A stretch of DNA of 63,776 nt, filler included, from Myxococcota bacterium (GCA_049322255.1; 5 parts of 5 records of this genome joined end to end with filler, not necessarily neighbours in it); one strand, 5' to 3'; positions 39,083-52,781 are shown, counted from the whole stretch's first letter. Notes: generated by a model from the letters alone, not told the origin. Numbers and translations are program-made.

Positions 39083-39742
39083 CTACCGCGTCTTTTCTCC
39101 CGTCTGCGACAGCAAAGCCTCCCAGTTTCGGGCCAGCTCCTCCTCCCGCCGAAGGAGCAGCTCGACGTTGGCGTCGCCGTACTTCGCTCGCTCCTCGGCC
39201 AGCCGCGCTCGCTCCTCTTGCTGGGCCCGCATCTCGGCGATCGACTTCTCCACGCCCTCACGCGCCTCGGCGGGCAGGCCCTCCTTCATCTTCTGGAGCT
39301 GGGCGAGCATCCCCTCATGGTCGAGTGCCCTCGCCAGCGCCCGCTTGGCGAAGACGTCGGACACCATCTGTCCGATCACCTGCACGTCCTCCTCGGTCAG
39401 CGCTGCCTCGGCACGGGCGCGGGCCTCGGCCTGGGCTCGCTTGTCCACCTCGTCGAGCACCTCCTCCGCTCCCTGAGCGGCAGGGGCCACACCTCCGTCG
39501 CCATGGGCGTCGAGACGCGCCAGGTCCTTCGTCGTCGGCGCATAAAGTCCGAGCACTTTGCGCTGGTAATCGAAGAAGGCGGTGAGCTTCGCCTCCGTCA
39601 GCGTGTAGGGCTGCTGCTTTTTGTCCGCCGGGCGCTCCTGGGGAACCGGGAGCACCGACGCGGAGGGCTGCTGCGGGGGCGGGCTACCCTTCTGGCAGCC
39701 CGAAATGACCAGCAGCGTCAACAGGAACGATGACTTGCGCAT
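39083..39742 (-). CDS. Hypothetical lipoprotein
   Basis: Lipobox ISGC, helical body. Confidence 0.7.
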   Translation of the reverse strand: MRKSSFLLTLLVISGCQKGSPPPQQPSASVLPVPQERPADKKQQPYTLTEAKLTAFFDYQRKVLGLYAPTTKDLARLDAHGDGGVAPAAQGAEEVLDEVDKRAQAEARARAEAALTEEDVQVIGQMVSDVFAKRALARALDHEGMLAQLQKMKEGLPAEAREGVEKSIAEMRAQQEERARLAEERAKYGDANVELLLRREEELARNWEALLSQTGEKTR

Positions 39743-39846
39743 GCGGCTGCACAGAATAGCCGGAACCGTGGCCTCATAATCTTTGACCTTGGGCGCTCAC
39801 GTCGTGTACGACCGACCCCCCGTTCGCGGCGCTGTTGGAGGGTTCT

Positions 39847-40335
39847 TTGAAGGTTGTCCTGGTTCGGCACGGAGACGCAGACGCGGAGATACCCGAAGGT
39901 CTCGGCGACGAGGCCCGCGCCCTCACCGCCAAAGCCCGCCAAGCGATGGCGCAGCATTTCGCGGCCCTGGCCGAGCGGTTGGAGCGCTTCGACGCCATCT
40001 TCACCAGCCCACTGGTGCGCTGCGTGCAGACGGCGCAGCTGCTCTCGGTGACGATCCACCACGAGGGCCCGCTGCGCGCCCACCGGAGCCTCTTGCCCGA
40101 CATGCCGGTGGGGGCGCTCGATTCGATTCTGCAAGACCACGTGGGACTGACGGTGGCGCTGGTGGGCCACCAGCCGTCGATGGGAGCCCTGGCGGCTCAC
40201 CTGTTGGGAATGCAGTCCTTCCCCAAGCCGGTAAACCCGGGCACGGTGATCGGCGTGGAACGTGTCGACGCCGACAACCCTGCCAAGCTGCTCTTCTACG
40301 CGGCGCCGGGGCAGCCCGTGCTGGACGCGCTCTAG
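39847..40335 (+). CDS. sixA: Phosphohistidine phosphatase SixA family
   Basis: LVRHGDA, R.LT, TSPLVRCVQTA, LVGHQP; GGAG before TTG. Confidence 0.85.
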   Translation: MKVVLVRHGDADAEIPEGLGDEARALTAKARQAMAQHFAALAERLERFDAIFTSPLVRCVQTAQLLSVTIHHEGPLRAHRSLLPDMPVGALDSILQDHVGLTVALVGHQPSMGALAAHLLGMQSFPKPVNPGTVIGVERVDADNPAKLLFYAAPGQPVLDAL

Positions 40336-40340
40336 CCTTT

Positions 40341-41309
40341 TTAACCCATCGAGATGCGGCTGCGGCGTTGGGCAGGAGCGCCGTACACCTCGACCCGGTC
40401 TCCCCCGGAGACCTGCGCGCGACGCAGCGCTTCGCCCGCGTCTTTCATCAGGCTGCCGAAGCTGATTTGCGCCCGCCGCTCTTTCGGGTCGTAGGCGGCG
40501 ACCCCCACCGAGGCGGTGAGGTTCTCCACCGCGCGAACGTTGGACACGCTGCCGTGCAGGCGCGAGGCCACCACCAGCGCCCCCTCACGGGGCGTATGGG
40601 GCAAAAAGACGAGGAAGCGGTTCTCGGCGAAAGGCACCGCGAGGTCGATGTCTCGCACTGCCCGGGTGATGGTCCGCAGCGCGTCGGTGAGCACGGCACG
40701 CCGCAGCGCCTGGGTCGCACCAGCCAACCGTTCGGTGAACTGGTCGAGCGCCACCAAGAGAAAGGCCACCGGGTGGCGGTAGCGCCGCGCGCGCTTGATC
40801 TCCATCAAGAGGTACTTCTTGAAGAACTCGAAATCCGACGAGGTTCCCTCGGTCTTCTCCAAGTCCCTCGGGGGCTCGGCGATGTGCCGGCGCAGGTCGC
40901 CCTCCAGCCGGTCGACGGTCTGCCGCAAATCACGAATGCGCACCATGGTCTGCGCGGTAGAAACCACCGCTCCGCGCTTCACCGGGCCAATGAGGTAGGC
41001 GTCGGCGCCGGCGCGAGCGGCTTGCTCACCCGGGTCGTCCACCTCGGCCGGGTACATCAACACCACGGGGCAGGCAGGAACGAGCTCTTTCACCTTGGCG
41101 CACAAAAGCTCGCCGGCGAAGGCCGAGGAGCTCGAAGTGAAGACCAGGTCGAGCTCGCGCTCCCGCACCCGGTGCACGGCCTCGTCGAGATAGTGCACCA
41201 CCTGCACCTCGAAGCCCGCCGACTCGAGGAAGCGGCGCAGGGCGGAAGAATGAGGCACCGACGGCTCGGCCACGAGCGCACGCCGGCCCGGGCCAGCGAC
41301 GGAGCTCAC
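40341..41309 (-). CDS. Receiver-like domain plus degenerate GGDEF domain protein
   Basis: AGADAYL; EIKRARRY...LDQF; FAENR in place of GGDEF; LTASVGVA. Confidence 0.8.
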   Translation of the reverse strand: MSSVAGPGRRALVAEPSVPHSSALRRFLESAGFEVQVVHYLDEAVHRVRERELDLVFTSSSSAFAGELLCAKVKELVPACPVVLMYPAEVDDPGEQAARAGADAYLIGPVKRGAVVSTAQTMVRIRDLRQTVDRLEGDLRRHIAEPPRDLEKTEGTSSDFEFFKKYLLMEIKRARRYRHPVAFLLVALDQFTERLAGATQALRRAVLTDALRTITRAVRDIDLAVPFAENRFLVFLPHTPREGALVVASRLHGSVSNVRAVENLTASVGVAAYDPKERRAQISFGSLMKDAGEALRRAQVSGGDRVEVYGAPAQRRSRISMG

Positions 41310-41869
41310 ACCTCCATGACCTCCTTCTCCTTCTTTTGCACGATGTCGTCGACCTTGGCCACGCCCCCGTCGGTTTCCTTCTGCACTTTCTCAGTGGCGC
41401 GCTTCTGATCGTCCTCGGTGATTTTCTTTTCCTTGAGCAGGTTCTTGAGCCGCTCGTTGGCGTCACGGCGCTCGTTGCGTACCGCCACCTTGTGCTCCTC
41501 GCCCTTGCTGCGCACCTGCTTGGCGATCTCCTTGCGCCGCTCCTCGGTGAGAGGCGGAATGGGCAGGCGAATGAGCTCGCCGTCGTTCATCGGGTTGAGA
41601 CCCAGGTTGGCCTCTTTGATCGCCTTCTCGATGTCTTTGATGATGCTCTTGTCCCAAGGCTTGATGGTGATCAGCCGGGGCTCGGGCACCGAGAGCGCCG
41701 CGCAGCCCGAGAGCGGGGTGGGGGTGCCGTAGTAGTCGACCCGCACCCCGTCGAGCATCGCCAGATTGGCGCGGCCGGTGCGAATCTTCCCCATCTCTTT
41801 GCGCAAGTCGTCGAGCGTCTTCTCGATGCGCGCGTGCAAGTCCTTCAGAACGTCGTCGGAAAGTGCCAT
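41306..41869 (-). CDS. frr: Ribosome recycling factor
   Basis: IRTGRAN, VDYYG, PPLTEERRKE, VRNERRDAN. Confidence 0.98.
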   Translation of the reverse strand: MALSDDVLKDLHARIEKTLDDLRKEMGKIRTGRANLAMLDGVRVDYYGTPTPLSGCAALSVPEPRLITIKPWDKSIIKDIEKAIKEANLGLNPMNDGELIRLPIPPLTEERRKEIAKQVRSKGEEHKVAVRNERRDANERLKNLLKEKKITEDDQKRATEKVQKETDGGVAKVDDIVQKKEKEVMEV

Positions 41870-41895
41870 TGCCAGCTCCTACCAAACAGCGGTCG

Positions 41896-42681
<786 letters not shown>

Positions 42682-42696
42682 TCAACGATCATGGGT

Positions 42697-42882
42697 CTCG
42701 GCCAACAACCGGGAGCGGGATCGGGAGCGGGAGCGTTTGCGGGGACGGGGTCGGGCCACGTCCCACGTTTCACGTCACCGGGCACCTGGCCCGACCTCCG
42801 TGAACCGTACGCGTCCCCGATACCCGCAAACGCTCCCGATCCCGCTCCCGTCTTCTTCGCCTCTGGTTGGTTCGAGGCCGAG
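42697..42882. repeat. Long imperfect inverted repeat built from CGGGAG/CTCCCG hexamers, between tsf and pyrH
   Basis: cgggagcgggatcgggagcg...tttgcggg pairs with cccgcaaacgctcccgatcccgctcccg; inner ggtcgggcca/tggcccgacc; outer ctcggcc/ggccgag. Confidence 0.8.
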
Positions 42883-42902
42883 CGCTCCAGCGCGAGATTT
42901 CG

Positions 42903-43826
42903 TTAGCCCTGGAGCGTCTTGGCGACCTCGGCGGCCAGGTCGTCCTTCTTCTTCTCGATGCCCTCGCCCACCTTGAGCCGCGCAAAACGCCTCACCGCCA
43001 GCTCGGCGCCGACCTTCTTGGCCACCTCAGCGATGACCGTCTTGATCTTCTTCTTGTCGTCCTTGACCCACAGCTGATCGACCAGGCACACGCCCTCGTA
43101 GAACTTCTCGAGCTTGCCTACGAGAATCTTGTCCCAGATGTTCTCCGGCTTCTTGGCCTGGGCGAGCTCGGTCTTGAAGATGTCCTTCTCCTTTTCGACC
43201 ACCTCGGCGGGCACCTGCTCGCGGCTGACGTACTGGGGCATGGCGCCGGCCACCTGAAGCGCCAGCTCCTTGGCCAGCCCTTGCACCTCGGAGCTCTTCG
43301 CCGCCCCTTCGGTCGAGGCGCTCAGCTCGACGAGCACGCCCGTCTTCTGGTCGCTGTGCAGGTAGGTACCCAAGGCGCCCTTCGCATCGGGAGCGAAGCG
43401 CGCAAACCTCCGCACGGTGATGTTCTCGCCGATCTTGGCGATGCGCTCGGTGAGCACCTCTTGGACCAGCTTGCCGCCCAGCTTCTGCGTCAAGAGTCCC
43501 GGCACGTCCGCCGGGTTGTTCTTGGCGACGTGCTCGGCGAGCTCCCCCGCCAGCGCCTGAAAGTCGGGGCCGCGGGCGACGAAGTCGGTCTCGCAGTTCA
43601 CCTCCACCAAGACGCCCACTTCGGGCTTGAACACGGTGCCGATCAACCCTTCGGCGGCGACGCGCCCTCCCTTGGAGGCAGCCTTGGAGATGCCTTTCTT
43701 GCGCAGCCACTCCTCTGCCTGAGCGAAGTCACCCGCGCACTCGGCGAGCGCCTTCTTGCAGTCCATCATGCCCGCGCCGGTCCTCTCGCGCAGGTCCTTC
43801 ACCATCGCGGCGGTGATTTCAGCCAT
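42903..43826 (-). CDS. tsf: Elongation factor Ts
   Basis: LRERTGAGMMDCKKAL, EVNCETDFVA, IGENI. Confidence 0.98.
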   Translation of the reverse strand: MAEITAAMVKDLRERTGAGMMDCKKALAECAGDFAQAEEWLRKKGISKAASKGGRVAAEGLIGTVFKPEVGVLVEVNCETDFVARGPDFQALAGELAEHVAKNNPADVPGLLTQKLGGKLVQEVLTERIAKIGENITVRRFARFAPDAKGALGTYLHSDQKTGVLVELSASTEGAAKSSEVQGLAKELALQVAGAMPQYVSREQVPAEVVEKEKDIFKTELAQAKKPENIWDKILVGKLEKFYEGVCLVDQLWVKDDKKKIKTVIAEVAKKVGAELAVRRFARLKVGEGIEKKKDDLAAEVAKTLQG

Positions 43827-43838
43827 GTCGTCGGTTCC

Positions 43839-44765
43839 TCACTCCGGCTTGGCGGCGACTTCCTGCCCGCCCTCGTCTGGAGGCACGAGATCCACCGACT
43901 TCACCTCGACCACCGGCTTGCGCTCGGTGGGTACGGCGCGGGTGCGCTCGCGGTCGCGGTCACGCTCGCGGCGGGGACCCCGGCGCTCCTCGCGGCCCTC
44001 ACGCTCTTCCTCGCGGTCGGCGGCGCCCGAGGCCTTGTAGCGCGCGGCGCCCTCGAGACAGGCGTCGGCGATCTTCGAGGTGAACAGCTTGATCGACCGA
44101 ATGGCGTCGTCGTTGCCGGGAATGACGAAGTCGATGCCGTCCGGATCGCAGTTGGTGTCGACCACGCCGATCACCGGAATGCCGAGGCGGCTGGCCTCGT
44201 GCACCGCGATGTGCTCCTTTTTGGGGTCGATGACGAAGACGCAGCCGGGCAGACGGGAGAGGTCCTTCACCCCGCCCAGGTTCTTCTCCAACTTGCTGCG
44301 CTCGCGCTCCAACCCGGCGACTTCCTTCTTGGGCAGCCGCTCGAAGGTACCGTCCTCGGCCATCTTCTCCAGCGCCTTGAGGCGATCGATGCCCTGCTTG
44401 ATGGTCTTGAAGTTGGTCAGCGTGCCACCGAGCCAGCGGCTGGTGACGAAGAACTGACCGGCCCGGCGGGCCTCCTCCTGAATGGTGTCTTGCGCCTGCT
44501 TCTTGGTGCCCACGAAGAGCACCGCGCCTCCGCGGCCGGTGACATCGGAGACGAAGCGAAACGCGGCGCGAGCCAGCTGCACCGTCTTTTGGAGATCGAT
44601 GATGTAGATGCCGTTCCGGGCGCCGAAGATGTACGGCTTCATCTTCGGGTTCCAGCGCTTGGTCTGGTGGCCGAAGTGAACGCCGGCCTCCAAAAGTTGC
44701 TTCATGGTGATGCCGCCCGCGGCCTGCATGGCCTGGGCTTGGGTCTGATTGTCTTGCTGATCCAT
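43839..44765 (-). CDS. rpsB: 30S ribosomal protein S2
   Basis: [36 protein letters not shown]. Confidence 0.99.
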   Translation of the reverse strand: MDQQDNQTQAQAMQAAGGITMKQLLEAGVHFGHQTKRWNPKMKPYIFGARNGIYIIDLQKTVQLARAAFRFVSDVTGRGGAVLFVGTKKQAQDTIQEEARRAGQFFVTSRWLGGTLTNFKTIKQGIDRLKALEKMAEDGTFERLPKKEVAGLERERSKLEKNLGGVKDLSRLPGCVFVIDPKKEHIAVHEASRLGIPVIGVVDTNCDPDGIDFVIPGNDDAIRSIKLFTSKIADACLEGAARYKASGAADREEEREGREERRGPRRERDRDRERTRAVPTERKPVVEVKSVDLVPPDEGGQEVAAKPE

Positions 44766-44902
44766 GGTGACTTCTTCCTATTCGGTTGTTCCGCCACGCC
44801 CTGGCCCGGCAACCAACCCCTTGGAAGGAGGCACCTGGTACCGGCAACGGACGTGTGAGTATTTGGCTGCTGTTCCCTCCGGACTTCCCGAAGGGTCCGG
44901 GG
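44766..44902 (-). promoter_or_regulatory. Probable structured rpsB leader (S2 autoregulatory / t44-like)
   Basis: Position upstream of rpsB; hairpin ccggacccttcgggaagtccgg; cacacg...ggtgc...gtgg...aacc segments reminiscent of S2 leaders. Confidence 0.45.
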
Positions 44903-44995
44903 TAACTAGCAGACGGATCCTCCAAGAGGCAAGCTTCCGGCACGGCTTCCGATTCGCTCTCGTGCGTGGGCTCCCTTCACCGAGGTACATTCCCC

Positions 44996-45208
44996 TTGTC
45001 CCGAGACCAGAAAGAACTCGAGCGGTTGGTCGCCGAGCTTGCTGCCCTTTCGCCCGAGGAGCGCGCCAAGGTGATTGCCGAGGCGACGCGCAAGGAGAAG
45101 TTCCGGCCGCCTCCCAAAGGTTGGAAGCCGCCCAGGCTCTCGGGAGGGGGAGAGTGGACTGGCGGTTCGCTCCGGCGGGAAGAGCTCTACGGCAACGATG
45201 GGCGCTGA
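44996..45208 (+). CDS. Putative antitoxin
   Basis: Small ORF ending SLRREELYGNDGR and overlapping a PIN-gene start. Confidence 0.6.
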   Translation: MSRDQKELERLVAELAALSPEERAKVIAEATRKEKFRPPPKGWKPPRLSGGGEWTGGSLRREELYGNDGR

Positions 45209-45534
45209 ACCGGTCTTTCTCGATACGAGCCTTTTGGTGGCCACACCGGTGGAGGAGCACCCAAGCTATGAGTCTTCCGGCGCCTACATGGCCAAGCTCG
45301 ACGCGAGCGAAACCCCGCTGTGCGTGAGTGGCGATCGATTTGCCTCGTGCTCGAGGAGAGTCGCTTGGTCGTTGCCGAATGGGAAAGGCTCGTCGAGCAG
45401 CATTCGGTGCGCGGCAAGCAGGTTCACGACGCCAACATCGTGGCGACGATGAAGGTCCACGGAGTCCATCGGCTCGCCACCCGGAGTTCGCCGCCTTTGC
45501 AGCCATCTGCAGCGCCGAGCCGTCCTCGCCCTGA
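45198..45534 (+). pseudogene. Frameshifted PIN/VapC toxin
   Basis: MGAEPVFLDTSLLV in one frame; VRGKQVHDANIVATM...LAT in another; C-terminal tail in a third. Confidence 0.78.
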
Positions 45535-45543
45535 TGGCGTTCC

Positions 45544-48339
<2,796 letters not shown>

Positions 48340-48444
48340 TGGGCCTTCTTTAACGTTCGGGCCACGGAGTGTGAAGGCGGCAGGTGCCCAGCCAGGCCGT
48401 CAAGCGGCGCAAAGTAAGGCGAAAAAGCTCCAGGTCAACGGAGC

Positions 48445-49362
48445 CTACTCCTCGAGAATGAACTTTCGCGGGTTCTGGGGCAGGCCGTTGACGCGCACCT
48501 CATAGTGCAGGTGCGGCCCGGTGGAGCGCCCGGTGTTGCCCACGTTGGCAATCAGCTGGCCGCGCTTCACCGTTTCCCCGGCCTTGACCTTGATGCTCGC
48601 CAGGTGGCCGAAGCGCGTCTTGATGCCGTAGCCGTGGTCGATGACGATGACGTTGCCGTAACCCCCTTCGAGGCCCGCGAAGACCACGGTGCCGTCGGAG
48701 GGCGCAGCGATGTCTTTGCCGTGCGGCGCCGCGATGTCCAGCCCGGCGTGCATCACCCGCTCGGCGGTGTAGGGGTCGAGCCGTTGGCCGAAATCCGAGG
48801 TCACCCAGCCCCGCACCGGCCAGGTGGAGGGGGTCGATGCCAAGAGCGACTTCTGGTCTTGGAAGTACGCCTGCAATTCTTGAAGACTCTGCTCCTGGCG
48901 AGTGGCCTCGGCGGAGAGCTTGTCGAGCCTGGAGGAGAGCGCCTTGGGGGTTTCGGAGGTGGTCAACCGGGTGAACTGGTTGTCAGCGCTGGGAGACAAC
49001 GGCGCCCCGGGCTCGGAGGTGGGGCCCATCGCCAAGTTTCGCTGCGGGTCGGACAAGAGGGTAACGGCGCGCAGTTTCTGGTCGAAGCGCTCCACCCGAT
49101 CGAGGGTGGCCCCGATGTGGTCGATTCGCTCGCGAATCGACTTGAGCTCGGTCTTGAGCACGACGTTCTCCTTGCGGAGGATGTCGTTCTCGGCCGCGTC
49201 TTTGGCGACCACGAGGTAGTGGCCGGTCGCCGCGACCACGAGGGCGGCCAATACCAGCCCCGCTCCCCCCACCTGCCACAGGTACCGCTTCTGGACGCGG
49301 TAGCGGCGTACCTGCTGGCTGTGGTCGGGAACGACAATCAGCGTGAAGGTCTTGTTGGCCAA
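48445..49362 (-). CDS. M23 metallopeptidase with TM anchor and coiled coil
   Basis: HAGLD, GYGN, STGPHLHYEV. Confidence 0.93.
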   Translation of the reverse strand: MANKTFTLIVVPDHSQQVRRYRVQKRYLWQVGGAGLVLAALVVAATGHYLVVAKDAAENDILRKENVVLKTELKSIRERIDHIGATLDRVERFDQKLRAVTLLSDPQRNLAMGPTSEPGAPLSPSADNQFTRLTTSETPKALSSRLDKLSAEATRQEQSLQELQAYFQDQKSLLASTPSTWPVRGWVTSDFGQRLDPYTAERVMHAGLDIAAPHGKDIAAPSDGTVVFAGLEGGYGNVIVIDHGYGIKTRFGHLASIKVKAGETVKRGQLIANVGNTGRSTGPHLHYEVRVNGLPQNPRKFILEE

Positions 49363-49500
49363 CGCTCAGCCCCTTTGCACCGTGAGCGCCTACGACGAAC
49401 AGACGCGTGCCGGAGAATCTTAGTTTCGACCCCCCGAACCACCAGCTGCCCCCAACCCCGCGATTTCACGTTCCGGGCTATCACCCGGCTCGCCCAAGCG

Positions 49501-50265
49501 TCAAGGCGACGACACTGCCTTGACCACAATCACCGTAATATTGTCGTCTCCTCCACGCTCGTTGGCCAGTTCGATCAGCCGCTGGGGGGTCTGTTCGTGG
49601 GGGGTCCCCTTCACCACCTCGAGCAGCTCCTTGTCCTCGACCATGTTGGCCAACCCGTCCGAGCAGAGCACGAAGGCGTCTCCCGGCTCCGTCACCAGGC
49701 CCATGACGTCGACCTGAACCTCCTCCTCGAAACCCACCGAACGGGTGATGATGTTCTTATACCGGGAGTGCTTGGCCTCTTCCGGCGTAATCATGCCCGC
49801 CTTGATCTGCTCGTTGACCAGCGAGTGGTCTTCGCTGATCTGCTGAATCAGGTCTCCCCGAATCAAATACGCCCGGCTGTCCCCCACGTGGGCGAAGTAG
49901 GCATGGTCGCCCTTGACGAGCAAGGAAATGACGGTGGTGCCCATGCCCGCCAACCGCGCATCGTCCTGGGCCGCGTGGAAGATGGCCAAGCAGGCCTTTT
50001 CCACCGCGCTGCGAATGACCTCGGGCAGGGGCGAATCTTGGAGACTGGTTTGACCGGCAAAGGGGTTGTGCTTCGAGTCCCGGGCAGCTCGCAGCTCGCG
50101 GTCGATGGTCTCGACGGCGATGCGCGAGGCCGTGCCTCCGCCCGCGTGGCCGCCCATGCCGTCGGCGACGACATAGAGCTGAATGTCCTCGTCGATGAGG
50201 AAGCTGTCTTCGTTGTGGTTGCGCTTTTTCCCCACGTCGGTGAGACCTGCGGAGACGATTCGCAT
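49501..50265 (-). CDS. PP2C-family Ser/Thr protein phosphatase (Stp1/IreP-like)
   Basis: RNHNED, VADGMGGH, MGTT, HVGDSRAY, LCSDGL, GGDDNIT. Confidence 0.93.
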   Translation of the reverse strand: MRIVSAGLTDVGKKRNHNEDSFLIDEDIQLYVVADGMGGHAGGGTASRIAVETIDRELRAARDSKHNPFAGQTSLQDSPLPEVIRSAVEKACLAIFHAAQDDARLAGMGTTVISLLVKGDHAYFAHVGDSRAYLIRGDLIQQISEDHSLVNEQIKAGMITPEEAKHSRYKNIITRSVGFEEEVQVDVMGLVTEPGDAFVLCSDGLANMVEDKELLEVVKGTPHEQTPQRLIELANERGGDDNITVIVVKAVSSP

Positions 50266-50312
50266 CGCGGGTGCCGTGGTCTTCCCTGCGGGGCTGGACA
50301 CGGCGAGGAATG

Positions 50313-51998
50313 CTAGGCGACCCCCCTTTCCGCGGCAAGGCTTCGAAAGCGGCGAGTCTTGGACGCCGAACGCACCAGCGCCTGCGCGGCGCGTACTGCC
50401 TCGCACGTCACCTCCGCCCCCGAGAGCATGCGAGCCAACTCTCGTTCCCTCTGCTCGCCTTGCCGGAGCCTCTCGACCCACGAGCGGGTGCGCCCCTTCT
50501 TGTAGGTCTTGCGCACCACCCAGTGAACGTCGGCGAAGGCCGCCACTTGGGGAAGGTGGGTGATGCACAGCACCTGGCGGTGGGCGCTCACGGCCTTCAT
50601 CATTCTCCCCACGGCCTCGGCCACCGCGCCCCCCACCCCCGCGTCGGCCTCGTCGAGCACGTAACACTGGCAGTCGTCGGACTGGGAGAGGGCATGACGC
50701 AGGGCCAAGAGCACCCGCGAGGCCTCTCCGCCCGAGGCGACTTTGGCCAGGGGCCGTGCCGGCTCGCCGGGGTTGGCGGTGAAGAGAAATTCCAGATGAT
50801 CGACCCCGTCGATCCGTACCGCCAGCTGGGCCTGGTTCATCGCCAGCTCTTTGAACACGCCGCTGGCGGCAGCGCAAAAGCGCGCGCCGGCTTTCTTGCG
50901 GGCAGCGGTCAGAGCAAGGCCACGCTCGACGAGCTCTTGGTCGGAGGCGGCCCGGGAAGCCATGAGAGCCTCTACCCGCTCGCGACGGTGATCGAGGCTC
51001 TCCAGCTCCGAGGCCAGTTCTTCGCGCAACGCGATGACCGCTTCGAGTGGGGCGGCGTGCTTGCGGCACAGCCGGCGTAAGGAATCGAGGCGCTCTTCGA
51101 CTTCGGAGAGCCGCGCGGGGTCGACCTCGAGCGCACCGAGGTAGCGCGATAAGCCCCTGGCCGCATCGTCGGCTTCGGCCTTCGCCGCCGTCAGCGTGCC
51201 CAAAACCGCGTTCAGCTGGCCATCGATGCGCACCGACTCGGTGACCAAGGACAGCGCGCGGCTCAACACGTCGAGCGCAGCACCCTCCTGCCCCGACAAA
51301 AGAGACTCGGCCTGTAAGACCGACCGGCGCAGCTTTTCCACCGAAGCGAGCTTGCGCCGTTCCTCTTCGAGCGCGAGATCTTCTCCCTCCTTCGGAGCCA
51401 GACGATCGATCTCCTCCAGCTGGAAGCGAAGGAATTCAGCGCGCGACGCCAACTGCCGCTCATCGCCTCCCAGAGCGGCCAGCTCGGCGTCGATCGCCGC
51501 CACCACCGCACAGCTTTCGCGGTAGGCGGCCAAGGGTGCCTCCACCCCCTCCAGCCGGTCGACGAGCTCGCGGTGCCGTGCCGGCTCGAAGAGGCTCATG
51601 TGCTCGTGCTGGCCGGCGATGTCCACCAGCCCGCGCATCAGCTGGGCGAGCACACCGACGGTGACCAGGCTCGAATCGACGTACACCCTCCCCCGTCCCG
51701 AGCGGCTCACCACCCGTCGCACGCACACCTCCGCCTCCCCCTGCTGAGAAAGACCCAGCTTTGTAAGCCGCGTGGCGAACAAGGGGCTTTTGACGAATAC
51801 CCCCTCCACCGTCGCCTCGTCGCAGCCGGCACGAATCAGCTCGGGAGCAGCCCGGCCTCCCAGGAGCAGCCCCAGCGCATCGACGAGAATCGACTTGCCC
51901 GCCCCGGTTTCCCCGGTGAGCACGGTCAACCCCGGGCCCAGCTCGAGCTCGGCCTCCTCCATCACCGCGAAGTTCGAAATCCGCAAAGTCCGCAGCAT
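50313..51998 (-). CDS. recN: DNA repair protein RecN
   Basis: TGETGAGKS, DIAGQHE, ASGGEASR, DEADAGVGG, CITHLPQVAA, ELARML. Confidence 0.96.
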   Translation of the reverse strand: MLRTLRISNFAVMEEAELELGPGLTVLTGETGAGKSILVDALGLLLGGRAAPELIRAGCDEATVEGVFVKSPLFATRLTKLGLSQQGEAEVCVRRVVSRSGRGRVYVDSSLVTVGVLAQLMRGLVDIAGQHEHMSLFEPARHRELVDRLEGVEAPLAAYRESCAVVAAIDAELAALGGDERQLASRAEFLRFQLEEIDRLAPKEGEDLALEEERRKLASVEKLRRSVLQAESLLSGQEGAALDVLSRALSLVTESVRIDGQLNAVLGTLTAAKAEADDAARGLSRYLGALEVDPARLSEVEERLDSLRRLCRKHAAPLEAVIALREELASELESLDHRRERVEALMASRAASDQELVERGLALTAARKKAGARFCAAASGVFKELAMNQAQLAVRIDGVDHLEFLFTANPGEPARPLAKVASGGEASRVLLALRHALSQSDDCQCYVLDEADAGVGGAVAEAVGRMMKAVSAHRQVLCITHLPQVAAFADVHWVVRKTYKKGRTRSWVERLRQGEQRERELARMLSGAEVTCEAVRAAQALVRSASKTRRFRSLAAERGVA

Positions 51999-52019
51999 CG
52001 GCCCCTCCAGCGCCTGACA

Positions 52020-52035
52020 CTGAACAAACTATCAG
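52020..52035 (-). promoter_or_regulatory. Putative LexA (SOS) box upstream of recN
   Basis: CTGATAGTTTGTTCAG: CTG-N10-CAG ending GTTCAG, like the Myxococcus LexA motif as I recall it. Confidence 0.6.
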
Positions 52036-52217
52036 CACGCCCCGACACCGCACAAGCGAGGGGGCAGGGGAATCGCCCCTCGGGCCGAAGCTGTCCTTGG
52101 AGCAGACCGCGGGGCTGCATCATCACGGTGTGCCTGGAGAAGCGCTTTTCCCACTCGCGAGCTCCATTGCTCGCTATTCTCCGTCACCCATCTTCTTTCC
52201 ACTGAGAGCACGACGGC

Positions 52218-52781
52218 ATGACGCGGGCGCGAGCTGGTTGGTTTGTGGTTCTTTTCGCTGCGGGTGCCGCGTTGGCGGTGTCCAAGGGTGGCACGCTCTA
52301 CGTGCGCTCGAAGAACACGCGCGTGTTTCAAAGCCCCGAACCCACCGCTCGGGTGCTCCAAATGATCCAGCCAGGAGAAGAGGTGATGTGGCTGGGCTCG
52401 GTGGAAGGTGAGCCACGCTGGCACCGCGTTCAAGTCGTGGACGGCGGCACACAGGGCGTCGTCTATCAGACCAACCTCTCGCCGAACGCTCCGAGAAAGG
52501 AGCTTCTCGCCTCGCAGGGCGACAAAGAGGTCGACCCGCGCGCGTTCGCCTCCTCCGCCGCAGCGATCAAGGGCCTGGGGCCGGGAGCGATTGAATACGG
52601 CAAGCTCACCGCCGCCGACCCACTGGGCGACTTGCTCGCCGCCGTCGAGCTCTCCCGGCGCATCACACTCAAGGAGGTTACCGCCCATACCAGCAAACAT
52701 GGGCTGGCAGAGGTCGGTCCTCCGCCACCTCCCGAAACCTCTGCCAACCCGGCCCCCCAGAAGAAAGGAAAGAAGCGATGA
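52218..52781 (+). CDS. Secreted SH3b-domain protein
   Basis: Signal peptide; WHRVQVVDGGTQGVVYQTNL; SAAAIKGL. Confidence 0.7.
   Translation: MTRARAGWFVVLFAAGAALAVSKGGTLYVRSKNTRVFQSPEPTARVLQMIQPGEEVMWLGSVEGEPRWHRVQVVDGGTQGVVYQTNLSPNAPRKELLASQGDKEVDPRAFASSAAAIKGLGPGAIEYGKLTAADPLGDLLAAVELSRRITLKEVTAHTSKHGLAEVGPPPPPETSANPAPQKKGKKR

Noticed and set aside
43940..44020. Arg/Glu/Asp low-complexity tract in the RpsB tail
   Set aside because: Variable charged C-terminal tails are common in S2 proteins.
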